NCBI GenBank assembly: GCA_963827655.1 | Contig: CAWHCF010000029.1 | Coordinates: forward strand, 32,001 to 96,000 | DNA: 64,000 nucleotides | Reading direction: 5' to 3' | Origin: an uncultured Acidobacteriota bacterium | Lineage (GTDB): Bacteria; Acidobacteriota; UBA6911 | Shown here: in pieces, positions 51,301 to 59,502 of the stretch | Position numbering within the stretch: position 1 is the stretch's first letter | Layout of the letters: every line of letters begins with the position of its first letter | The notes under the pieces: generated by a model | Database searches by the model: none | The model's input: the letters and a program-made list of their open reading frames with translations, nothing else | What the model was told of the DNA's origin: nothing | Made by a program: the position numbers and the translations under genes

Positions 51301-51560
51301 TCGGTTTCGGCGATACTTTCAGCACCCAGGACGTCCGGTTGACCAAGAACTTCACCTGGGGCGAGCGCTACCAGATCTCGGTTTTCGGCGAGCTATTCAA
51401 CATGTTCAATATCGCCAATCTCAGCGGCTTCAACTACAACCTCGATACCGTGCGCACGCCGCAGACGTTCGGCTTCGGCCAGCCGACCCAACGCGTCAAC
51501 CAGGTGTTCGGTTCGGGCGGTCCCCGCGCGCTTCAATTGGGTTTCCGGTTTAGTTTCTGA
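48378..51560 (+). CDS. TonB-dependent receptor, Oar-like; paralog of 36147-39419
   Basis: Shared motifs IDGVITR..I..LPLNGRSF, FFFRDHN.SAYP, DPFFARR, and C-terminal FGSGGPRALQLGFRFSF. Confidence 0.92.
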   Translation: MKRAAVVCLLVATSLGAALAQAPVGIISGKVTDESGGVIPGASIVIKNKTTGAERQLVSAVDGAFSVPGLPAGLYDVRVEAKGFRTIVREATVETGATTTADIRMLVGEVTEVVSVQAATSQIEYERHAIDGVITRQKIQELPLNGRSFLQLAFLEPGVTVSPGTTAQYNSLFSVSVLGAESNKTAITVDGGNVRNAIEGQTQINLSQEMVQEFQLSSANFDLSTGITSSGAVNIVTRGGGNDFHGSGYFFFRDHNMSAYPNLVRSALTPDPFFARRNPGFWVGGPIKKDKAFFFFNYEYMNQVQVFSFNPDLPSLAPLTSVNYSPYEGKTLSLRMDYRLASRHDLFVRYSHDGNEGFGPNSGSPLPSNWLRNTNFSDQSVLGFTSTLTPSVVNEFRFNYTYWQNRNLFPRPEDCPGCVGLGFPSVTMQGSTNFTAGNTLNATQGRDLRRFTFTDGLTWQKGTHRFRFGTELEFAPGTGFWGYCDPACTSVFSIESVRGLVPAQFLPLFNLPSSVASDADLLRLPFAGGVVGVGDPGQPPPYNLDKAKANNRYRLYVQDTWRMRPNFTLNYGLSWQFESTLVNGDLDKPAYLQPLYGNDLSPTDNNYSNFSPALGFAWNVGHDNKTVVRAGGGIYWETELLWRRLQERAFIGPVGNGRIQFPHTGFVNIYPNITNFNTGQPVPVGAPLPSNTLTNLTLGQFMDIYRQQIGAVNAALTPSNPNDLSVRAVDINKAGAQLYPKSYPVQRSYHMTAGVQRELRHDLVLSVDFVRRVFSNTLLGEVDYNRYNRFINGVRTPVIRPCLTSELQRPGIQCSSGPITFWTPAGRGVYNALLVKADKRFSSRYLFTVAYALTDQEGINSVTNLDNYFESFGPQGARHILNVSAIVDMPWGFQASFISATSSRGPVTANVTSVDLNGDGTTTTPIPGVAINTLNRGSDKDDLAAAVGAWNQTYPAGSRDARGQNIPQLILPSNFGFGDTFSTQDVRLTKNFTWGERYQISVFGELFNMFNIANLSGFNYNLDTVRTPQTFGFGQPTQRVNQVFGSGGPRALQLGFRFSF

Positions 51561-51575
51561 GGCGATAGAGATCAA

Positions 51576-51701
51576 CCACAAAGACGCAAAGACACGAAGA
51601 AACGCAAGGAATGGGGAAGAAGCTATGGCGCGAAGGCGAAGGATGCAGGCAAAGACCGGCGGAGATCGCCCACAAAGACGCAAAGACACGAAGAAACGCA
51701 A
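51576..51701 (+). repeat. Two identical 32-nt direct repeats built from period-8 units
   Basis: CCACAAAGACGCAAAGACACGAAGAAACGCAA at 51576-51607 and 51670-51701. Confidence 0.9.
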
Positions 51702-51705
51702 AGAA

Positions 51706-52146
51706 TTCAACCATTACGCGGTTGGCTGGGCCCATGCCATGGACACGCCCTACCAATGGACGAAGCAGGTGGCGTCACACTGGGGCGGCACTCGCAACGG
51801 GACCATCGTGCACTGGCCGGGGGGGATCAAGGGCAAGGGTGAACTGCGCCATCAGTTTCATCACGCGATCGATGTCGCGCCGACCATTCTGGAGCTGGCG
51901 CACCTGCCGCAACCGACGATAGTGAACGGCGTGCTGCAGCGCCCGATCGAAGGCGTCAGTATGGCATTCTCATTCAACGATGCGGCCGCGGCGGAGCGCC
52001 ATGAAACGCAGTACTTCGAGATGTTCGACAATCGCGGCATCTACCACAAAGAGTGGACGGCTGTGACCAAGCACTGCACGCCGTGGGAGACGGGGCAGGT
52101 CAAGACTAGTGCCCTGAACAATTTCAAGGAAGTGAGGAACTTGTAA
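51706..52146 (+). pseudogene. Internal fragment of an arylsulfatase
   Basis: NHYAVGWAHAMDTPYQWTKQVASHWGGTRNGTIVHWP...QFHH.IDVAPTILE...TQYFEM. It lacks the N-terminal catalytic CxPxR domain and the C-terminal domain. Confidence 0.85.
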
Positions 52147-52163
52147 GTTGCGGTTTTCCTAGT

Positions 52164-54206
52164 TTAGTTGGAGCGAGGCGAGCGGGGAAGAATCCAGTCA
52201 AGGATTTCCTTCTCGCTCGCGCGCCTGGCCTCGATTCGAAGCAGATCCGATTTCGCCAACGAGCGATAGGCGGATTGGATCCAGTCGGAAGGGAAGGAAG
52301 CGCTTGCATTCTGAATCCAGAGCGGCCCGCGCATATTTAGAACGGCGGCGGTTCGAAAATCTCCCGCCCGGCGGATCCCTGGTATGTTGAACCCCTGCAG
52401 ATAGGCCTGATCGCTGCCGGCATCGAATTGATCCGCATCGACGCAGAAGGCGACCTCCTCGACTGTCAAAGCCCGCGCCATCAAACACCAGAGCCCCGCT
52501 CTTTCAAACCCCACCACCTTGAGAGGAATCTGCGGCGCTTCTCGCCGCAGATAAGCCAGACCGGTCAGGATGTCCTGAACCCGGTTGGCATCATCGGTGC
52601 GGTTGTAGGCGGTAAAAAATCTCTTCGTCTCCCTCTTGCCCAATGATGCCCGCCCGGTATTGAACACATCCGGGATCAACACGGAACATTCTTCCTTGAG
52701 CAGCGACTTGACCAGCTCGCCGGGAGCGCCGTTCTGTTCAAAACGCTCCGACCCCTTGGGATGAATCAGCAAGACCGCCTGTCGCACCGCCTGTTTCCCG
52801 GAAGGAAGCCACTGCGTTGCGGGAACGTGATCTCCCTTATTTGAACGCCTCAGATAGAAGCGCCTGACGCGATGACCCGAGCCGTCCTTCGATTCCGGTT
52901 GAAGTGTTTCGACCGAACCGGACGGAGGGAATTCCGCCATGAGCGAGTATCGCAGCGCCGGTTCAAAGGCGTCTCTGTAGCGCTGGAGGCTTGCAGGATC
53001 CGAGAGTTTAAGCCGATCAATCGAAGCCGCCGCGTTCTGAATGAACTGCTCGACGATCTGGCGCTCGGTTTTGGCTTCCGGCGGAAGAGGCCGGCCGTAG
53101 AAAACCAGGAGATCGCTGGGGAATTCAACCGGCACGTTCTTCTCAACCAGAGCGCCGGTATCTGAAAGTCCGAGCATCCAGCGACCAAACCAGCGATAGA
53201 CGTGTTCGCGGCTCGGCTTGTTGTAATTGTGATCCGCTTGTTCCTGGACGGCCGAGATTTTGTCTTCGGCTCCAAGGAGACGGTAGATGCTCTGAATGGC
53301 CGGGAATTCAACCTGGAGCGTATTCTTGGTCCAATCGCCTGTCGCCGAGACCATGATCATCGGACGCGGAGCGGCCAGCGCCCCGATTTCCATGTTGTTG
53401 GTATCGATCCGGAGGTTGGGCGCGTTTTCACAGACGTCTCCTCCTTGCATGTGCGCCGAGATCATGTTCACCGGAGCGGACACGGCGATCCGCTTGTCGA
53501 CCGCGCTGAGAAGAAAGGTCTGCGTTCCCCCGCCGCTCGCGCCCGTACACGCAATCCGGGTCTTATCGACGTCAGGCAAAGTTTCGAGGAAATCGACCGA
53601 GCGGATGCTGTTCCAGAGATGAAGTCCGAGAGAACCGAATCCCCACAAAGCTTCGCGTTCTCCCATGAAGCGATGGTTAACCTGGCGGCTGTCGTTGTAG
53701 CCCACCATGTCGTATGCGAAAACCACATAGCCCTGCCGCGCCAGGGTAATGGATCGCGCGGGAACGGAAGCGGACTCGGAGTTCTGAAGCCGCCCGTAGG
53801 CCCAGTGGCCGTGCGGCGACAGAACGCCGGGAAAGGGCCCGTTTTTTCCCAGGGGCCGATAGAGATTCCCGGTGACATAGAACCCGGGATAGCTCTCGAA
53901 ATAGACTTTCTCGATCGAGTATCCGTTGCGTTCGAGACGATCAAATACGTGCGGGTTCAACGGCGTCTTTTCGGGCATCGGCCAGAGTCCGGAGGCTACC
54001 AGGATCTGCATCCGCAGCGATTCGCTGCGAGCCAACCATTCCTCCTTCGTTTTGTACCCGGGCATCGTATAGGTCATGTCGACGTGCCGAACTACGGTCG
54101 CGCGCGTGTCCTCGAGTGCAACCGCCTTTTGCTGCCCGGTGATGAACGGCGGCATGGCCAGAGTTATCGAGAGGAGTTGCAATCCTGATCGGATTCGAAT
54201 TGACAT
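52164..54206 (-). CDS. Exported alpha/beta hydrolase (acetylxylan esterase-like) with a second degenerate hydrolase domain
   Basis: EKVYFES.PG..VTGNLYRP, PHGH, TGASGGGTQT nucleophile, GDWT, HNYN. The C-terminal repeat domain lacks the Ser motif. Confidence 0.8.
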   Translation of the reverse strand: MSIRIRSGLQLLSITLAMPPFITGQQKAVALEDTRATVVRHVDMTYTMPGYKTKEEWLARSESLRMQILVASGLWPMPEKTPLNPHVFDRLERNGYSIEKVYFESYPGFYVTGNLYRPLGKNGPFPGVLSPHGHWAYGRLQNSESASVPARSITLARQGYVVFAYDMVGYNDSRQVNHRFMGEREALWGFGSLGLHLWNSIRSVDFLETLPDVDKTRIACTGASGGGTQTFLLSAVDKRIAVSAPVNMISAHMQGGDVCENAPNLRIDTNNMEIGALAAPRPMIMVSATGDWTKNTLQVEFPAIQSIYRLLGAEDKISAVQEQADHNYNKPSREHVYRWFGRWMLGLSDTGALVEKNVPVEFPSDLLVFYGRPLPPEAKTERQIVEQFIQNAAASIDRLKLSDPASLQRYRDAFEPALRYSLMAEFPPSGSVETLQPESKDGSGHRVRRFYLRRSNKGDHVPATQWLPSGKQAVRQAVLLIHPKGSERFEQNGAPGELVKSLLKEECSVLIPDVFNTGRASLGKRETKRFFTAYNRTDDANRVQDILTGLAYLRREAPQIPLKVVGFERAGLWCLMARALTVEEVAFCVDADQFDAGSDQAYLQGFNIPGIRRAGDFRTAAVLNMRGPLWIQNASASFPSDWIQSAYRSLAKSDLLRIEARRASEKEILDWILPRSPRSN

Positions 54207-54246
54207 TGGCATTCCTTTCACCGCGAAGACGTGGAGAATCGATAGG

Positions 54247-56619
54247 CTATCGATTCGAATTGGTTTCGGGTCTTAGAATCAGCCGATGCCGGGTGACCTT
54301 CTCTACGTAGGGGCGGGAAAAAGCCAGAGGGTGATATTTTCCCTCGGCCCAGAGCGGCAACAAATCGTCGTAGTGAGGGCTTCCCGGCTCGCCGGACTGG
54401 CCGGGGACGCTGGTGGCTACCGATCGATCCCAGTCCGACAGATCGAGGATCTGGCGATAGGATGCGCCGCTGGTCTGCCTCAGGTTTGAACCGGGAGAAG
54501 TGTTGTTCACCGTCATCGCATCACCCCCGCGCGGTACCGGACCACGATCGAGTAGCGATCTCAGAGCTTCATCTCCTTCCAGACCGTGCCGGAAGAACGC
54601 ATGATGCAGATTACCCCAGGTCCAGGCGCCCCGGTCAGGACCGTAACGCGCGCGCAGGTCCGTGAGCGCTGATTCCAGCGCTTCCAGCAAGCACCGGTTC
54701 CGCGCGTTCACGGGATCATTGCCAAACACCTCCGTGCTGGGGTTCCGGAGCCATTGTATCGCCAGGTCCTGCGAGGCCCGGCTTCCCATGAGGCGAAGTT
54801 GCGGCGCCGCCAGCCTCTTGCTCCAGACCATAGGGACGAGTCTTGCCACCCAGAATTGATAGATACCGGCCTCGGTCGATCCGCGGTCGAGCGCGAAATT
54901 CCAGGCGAGCAGCTTCTGTACCGTATCGCGCAACTGATCCGTCGCTGGTCGAGTCTCCCGGAGCAAGGGTACTAGAAGTCGCGCAGGCAAGGAGGTTTCG
55001 TCATGCTGTAATCTTTGGAAATCTTCAATGGTAAAACCCTTGCGCGCGCGGAGGACTTCGTCGATGCGACGAAAACGCCACGGGGCCGCCCATTCGTAAC
55101 CGAGAGAGTGGCGATATCCGGCCGGCAAGATATTGTGGTTTGCGGTCGCGACGAAACCGTGACCGGGATTGTAGAGCCGCGGCAATTGGTCGAGTGAGAG
55201 AAAGCCTTGCCATTCATAATCTCCCGATCCTGGAACCGGCAGCAGCCCGAGCCAGTTCTTCCTGACCGGAGTGAGCCCGGCGGCTTGCCAGCCGATGTTC
55301 CCTTCGACGTCGGCATACGCATGGTTCTCCGAGGGGACTTTCCAGCGTTCCAGCGCATTCAGGAATTCTTTCCAGTTCGTCGCGCGATCCAGGGAAAGGG
55401 AGCCGAGATAGCCGGCGCTTCCGGGTTCACTCCCCACCCAGCGCAACGCGTAGGCGCGCTGTTTCGCTCGATCTTCGTGGATGACAGGTCCATGAACCGT
55501 AAAGCGCAGCTCGAGCGATTCCGGCTTCTCGCGCCCTTTGACCATCACGGTTTCTTGACGCGTCTCCATCTTGAGCCATTGCCCCTTGTGGCGATATTCG
55601 AGCGGATTCGCCGGATTCAGTTCTTCCACGTACAAGTCCTGCTGGTCGATTCCGACGACGGTGAATCCGAAGGCGACCCGCTCGTTGTGTCCCACGGCGA
55701 TGCCCGGAAGACTGGGCTCGCCGGCGCCGATCACATTCCACCCGGGCGCGACCAGATGCGCCATGTAACGGAGGCTGGGAATGTTAATGGGGCGGTGGGG
55801 ATCGTTCGCGAGTATGGGCTTGCCCGTGGCGGTGAGGGACCCGGCAACGGTCCAGTTGTTGCTGCCGTCATCGCGCGAGCTGCTGGGAAGGCTCGCGGCC
55901 GTGTCCGTCAGGATGCCGGGATCGATCCCGCTCAGATCCAGACCCCGAGGCAACTCAAGACGAGCGTCGGGATCGAGAGGCCAGAGTTTGAGAGTTTCTT
56001 CAAGGCCGATCTCGCGGACGAGCTGCGCGCGCGCGACCTCGTTGGACAGGTTGCGCGTCATCGCGTACGCGGTCATGCGGGTGATGCATGTTTCGGGGGT
56101 CCAGGGCTGAGGCGCGATCCCCATGACCTTGAACTCAAAGGGGAGGTTCTGGCGGCGCGAGGCGATGTTGGCGTTTATACCCGCCACGAAAGCTTCGACG
56201 ATCTCTCGCGCGTCCGGGGAATAGCTCTTCCATTCCGCTTCCATGTTTCCGCGGTAGAGGAGCAGGCGAGCCAGCCGGTCTCTTCGCAGCGCGGACGGAC
56301 CGTAGATCTCGGCTAGTTTCCCCTCGCCGGTCCGCCTCCAGATTTCCATTTGCCAGAGCCGGTCCTGAGCTGCGACGAACCCCTGAGCCATGAAGAGATC
56401 GCGCGCGTTCTGCGCGTAAATGTGGGGAATCCCCCAGGTATCGCGCAACACTTCGACTTCCCGCTGGAGACCCGGCAAGACCAGCGTGCCTTCGATCGGT
56501 GAGACCGAGCTGCGAGCCGCGGTTTGGTGATCGGCGGCGATCTCGGTTTTCACGGGGGGCCGGACCGCTTGGGTAGAGGCGATCAGAGTGACCAGAAGAG
56601 TGATCCATGGAAGAGTCAT
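54247..56619 (-). CDS. Penicillin acylase family (S45 Ntn-hydrolase), exported
   Basis: RDTWGIPHIYA, AQDRLWQM, GSNNW, LANDPH, TANH, PGQSG.P.SPHY.D. Confidence 0.93.
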   Translation of the reverse strand: MTLPWITLLVTLIASTQAVRPPVKTEIAADHQTAARSSVSPIEGTLVLPGLQREVEVLRDTWGIPHIYAQNARDLFMAQGFVAAQDRLWQMEIWRRTGEGKLAEIYGPSALRRDRLARLLLYRGNMEAEWKSYSPDAREIVEAFVAGINANIASRRQNLPFEFKVMGIAPQPWTPETCITRMTAYAMTRNLSNEVARAQLVREIGLEETLKLWPLDPDARLELPRGLDLSGIDPGILTDTAASLPSSSRDDGSNNWTVAGSLTATGKPILANDPHRPINIPSLRYMAHLVAPGWNVIGAGEPSLPGIAVGHNERVAFGFTVVGIDQQDLYVEELNPANPLEYRHKGQWLKMETRQETVMVKGREKPESLELRFTVHGPVIHEDRAKQRAYALRWVGSEPGSAGYLGSLSLDRATNWKEFLNALERWKVPSENHAYADVEGNIGWQAAGLTPVRKNWLGLLPVPGSGDYEWQGFLSLDQLPRLYNPGHGFVATANHNILPAGYRHSLGYEWAAPWRFRRIDEVLRARKGFTIEDFQRLQHDETSLPARLLVPLLRETRPATDQLRDTVQKLLAWNFALDRGSTEAGIYQFWVARLVPMVWSKRLAAPQLRLMGSRASQDLAIQWLRNPSTEVFGNDPVNARNRCLLEALESALTDLRARYGPDRGAWTWGNLHHAFFRHGLEGDEALRSLLDRGPVPRGGDAMTVNNTSPGSNLRQTSGASYRQILDLSDWDRSVATSVPGQSGEPGSPHYDDLLPLWAEGKYHPLAFSRPYVEKVTRHRLILRPETNSNR

Positions 56620-56755
56620 AGCATTCTCCCCTGCGTTTCTTTGCTTCTTGGCGTCGCAGCGTAATTGTCCCGAGAGGCGGCGCTATTGTATCATCCGCCG
56701 AAGACTCGAAGACACTAAGATAAGGTTCTCGGTGTCTTTGAGTCTTCGTGTCGTA

Positions 56756-56988
56756 GGGCTCGCGCAGAAATAACTTCACATTCTGGCGCGAGAGTCGGTG
56801 GTCAATCATGAACCGGTTTCTGTTCGCTAAGCACGGTGAGGATCGCGCCCCTTCGGGCTGCGGCCCGCAGGCCCGCTGGCTTTGTTGCTCGCTCCTCACG
56901 TACCACACCGGGTACGCATCGTCGCTCGCGCCTCGCCAGCGGGCCTGGGGGCCTGCAGCAGAATGCGAACTTATTTCTGCGCGAACCC
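56756..56988. mobile_element. MITE copy 3 (233 bp)
   Basis: TIRs GGGCTCGCGCAGAAATAA...TTATTTCTGCGCGAACCC with flanks GTA/TTA. Confidence 0.85.
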
Positions 56989-57010
56989 TTAGAGGCAGGT
57001 GGTTTGCCCG

Positions 57011-58351
57011 ATGCTGAATCGACTGGGCCGTTACACAATCGAATCCGAGCTTGGCAAAGGAGGGATGGGGACCGTCTACCGCGCGCGCGATGAGCGGCTG
57101 GGCAAGACCGTGGCGCTAAAGGTACTTTCCGAGACTCGAGCCGGAGGCTCCGATAGCCGCCAGCGCCTTCGCCGCGAGGCGCGAGCCGCTGCCATCCTGA
57201 ACCATCCTGGAATCGTGGCGGTTTACGATTACGACGAGGAGGACGGCGTACCGTTCATCGCCTATGAATACGTTGAAGGGAAAACGCTCGACCAGGTTAT
57301 CGCGGACGAAAAACTCAGCGCAGAAAGAATGGCTGATATAGGAGCGCAAGTCGCGGCCGGACTGGCGTACGCCCACGAACGGGGAATTCTCCACCGTGAC
57401 GTAAAGCCGCAGAACATCATGGTGATGGAAGATGGCAGGGTCAAAATCCTGGATTTCGGCCTGGCGAAAAAAACCGGTATCGCCCTTCACAAAGCGGATG
57501 GCCAGCAACTCGACACCACCACGGTTGAAACTGCAGTCGGTACCATTGTGGGAACCGTGCAGTACATGTCGCCGGAGCAAATTGCCGGCGAGGAATTGGA
57601 TGGCCGGTCGGATGTCTTTTCATTGGGGATCACGCTGTATGAAATGGCGACCGGAAAGAACCCGTTTCACGGCCAGAGCTTCGCCTCGACCGTGGGAAAG
57701 ATCATGTCTCCGGAACCGCCTCCATTGTCCGGAGAACGAAGGCGCGTCCCGGCCGAGCTTCAAGACATTATTCTTCGGTGCCTGCGGAAGAAAAGGGAGG
57801 AGCGCTATCCGAGCGCGCGAATCCTGCAGGAGAATCTGGAGCAGGTCAGTGCCGGCGCATCATCGGGGCGTCCATCCTCAAGAGGATTGCGCCGCGCCGA
57901 AATCGCCGAGTCGGTGATCCCCCGATCACTGGCCCGTGGTCTGCTGATTCTGCTTCAAACCTTGTATCTCGGCATGTATGGCTTTGCCCTGTATTACCAG
58001 GGCGACGTGTTTCAGGGCGTGGGACGGGCATTAATGATGATCTCGTCGCCTCCGCCATGGACTACGGTTCACCTGGTCATGACTTGTGCGACCACCTTTT
58101 TGGTAACAGCATGCTGTGGCGTCGCCGTCCGTTTGTATTTTGTGGCGTCGGTCGGATTCGACGATCCCGATACGGGACGGCAATTCCGCAGACTCTTTCC
58201 GCTTCTTTTTCTGCTCGATGAGTTGTGGGCGCTCTCGCCGCTCCTGCTGATTGGAAAGTGGCCTGCAGGGGTGACCTTCTTTTGCATGGCGGTGCTGGCT
58301 TATCTTCCCTTTTCCCACCGCAACCTGATTCGAGCCTCTTATCCGGAATGA
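57011..58351 (+). CDS. Hanks-type Ser/Thr protein kinase with C-terminal multi-pass membrane domain
   Basis: GKGGMGTVY, VALK, HRDVKPQN, DFG, YMSPEQ, DVFSLG. About 4 hydrophobic segments at the C-terminus. Confidence 0.92.
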   Translation: MLNRLGRYTIESELGKGGMGTVYRARDERLGKTVALKVLSETRAGGSDSRQRLRREARAAAILNHPGIVAVYDYDEEDGVPFIAYEYVEGKTLDQVIADEKLSAERMADIGAQVAAGLAYAHERGILHRDVKPQNIMVMEDGRVKILDFGLAKKTGIALHKADGQQLDTTTVETAVGTIVGTVQYMSPEQIAGEELDGRSDVFSLGITLYEMATGKNPFHGQSFASTVGKIMSPEPPPLSGERRRVPAELQDIILRCLRKKREERYPSARILQENLEQVSAGASSGRPSSRGLRRAEIAESVIPRSLARGLLILLQTLYLGMYGFALYYQGDVFQGVGRALMMISSPPPWTTVHLVMTCATTFLVTACCGVAVRLYFVASVGFDDPDTGRQFRRLFPLLFLLDELWALSPLLLIGKWPAGVTFFCMAVLAYLPFSHRNLIRASYPE

Positions 58352-58481
58352 CCCGAGCGCTGCATCGCGGCAACGCTGAGATGCGGAGCAAGCGCGCTTG
58401 CGGGGCGATGGTAACTATATTAAACTCAGGTCGAACTGCGAGGTTGCTGCTGAACCATCACCGTCGAGTTAGGAGGATCTT

Positions 58482-59444
58482 ATGCAGGCGACAAGACTGT
58501 TGGCCGGATGTGTCGGTGTTTCTCTTCTCTGCCTTGGCTTGGGGGCGACTCCCAACGGAGTGGTGTTTAACAAGGGTGACGGCCGCATTGATGTTGTCAT
58601 TGCGGGAAAACCATTCACGACCTATTACTACGCCTCCAATCTCCCGCGACCTTTCTTTCACCCTCTCCGGACCGCAGATGGAAAAGTTGTGACGCGTGGA
58701 TTCCCGATGGTCACGGATGCGCCTGCAGAGAGCCAGGACAGGGATCATCCACACCATCGCTCTTGCTGGTTCACTTTTGGTGACGTCGATGGCGTCGATT
58801 ACTGGGGCGAAGGGGCCAAGGTCCAGGGCCGGATTGTAAACCGCTCGATAGACAAGATGGAGGGAGGAGAAAAAAAGGGTGTCCTGGCGACGACGATGGA
58901 TTGGGTGGACAACACCGGCCGCAAGGTCCTGGTGGAAAAGCAGGAAGTCATCTTCCACGGAGACGCGACCCGACGCTATATGGACTACACCATCGTGGTG
59001 ACGCCCACAGAGCGCGATGTGACCTTCCGGGATACCAAGGAAGGGATGTTCGCTGTCCGACTCGCGACTCCTTTAAAAGAGAAGAACGGCGGCGTGATCA
59101 CGAATTCCAAGGGCGCCGTGGGGATGAAGAATTGCTGGGGAAAGAGCGCGGAGTGGGTCGACTATTCGGGACAGCTCGACGGATCTAAGGTGGGCGTGAC
59201 CATAATGGATCACCCGGGCAGCTTCCGCCATCCGACCACCTGGCACGTGCGGGACTATGGTCTTTTTGCCGCGAATCCCTTTGGCGTGCGCGATTTCACG
59301 GGCGACAAGGCTAAAGACGGAAGTCACGTCATTGCGACAGGGAAGAATATTACTTTTCGCTACAGGATTCTGATCCATCCGGGAGACCTTCAGGAAGCGA
59401 AGGTTGCGGACGAATATGGGAAGTATGTACGGGAAGTAAAATGA
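58482..59444 (+). CDS. Exported DUF6807 ('PmoA family') protein; not methane monooxygenase
   Basis: RPFFHPL...TRGFP...DHPHHRS.WF, KEG.FAVR, WVDYSG, DHP....PT.WHVRDYGLFAANPFG. Confidence 0.75.
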   Translation: MQATRLLAGCVGVSLLCLGLGATPNGVVFNKGDGRIDVVIAGKPFTTYYYASNLPRPFFHPLRTADGKVVTRGFPMVTDAPAESQDRDHPHHRSCWFTFGDVDGVDYWGEGAKVQGRIVNRSIDKMEGGEKKGVLATTMDWVDNTGRKVLVEKQEVIFHGDATRRYMDYTIVVTPTERDVTFRDTKEGMFAVRLATPLKEKNGGVITNSKGAVGMKNCWGKSAEWVDYSGQLDGSKVGVTIMDHPGSFRHPTTWHVRDYGLFAANPFGVRDFTGDKAKDGSHVIATGKNITFRYRILIHPGDLQEAKVADEYGKYVREVK

Positions 59445-59502
59445 ATCGGTCTGGTGAATCAACCACAATCGAGCACAGACGCGAGGAAACGCCCGGATTC
59501 TT

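Noticed and set aside
51576-51701. Possible CRISPR mini-array (32-nt direct repeats)
   Set aside because: Only two copies, a 62-nt spacer, an internally periodic repeat belonging to a dispersed family, and no cas genes.
58482-59444. Methanotrophy implied by the 'PmoA family' label
   Set aside because: This is a soluble exported beta-rich protein, not the membrane PmoA subunit, and there is no pmoB/pmoC.
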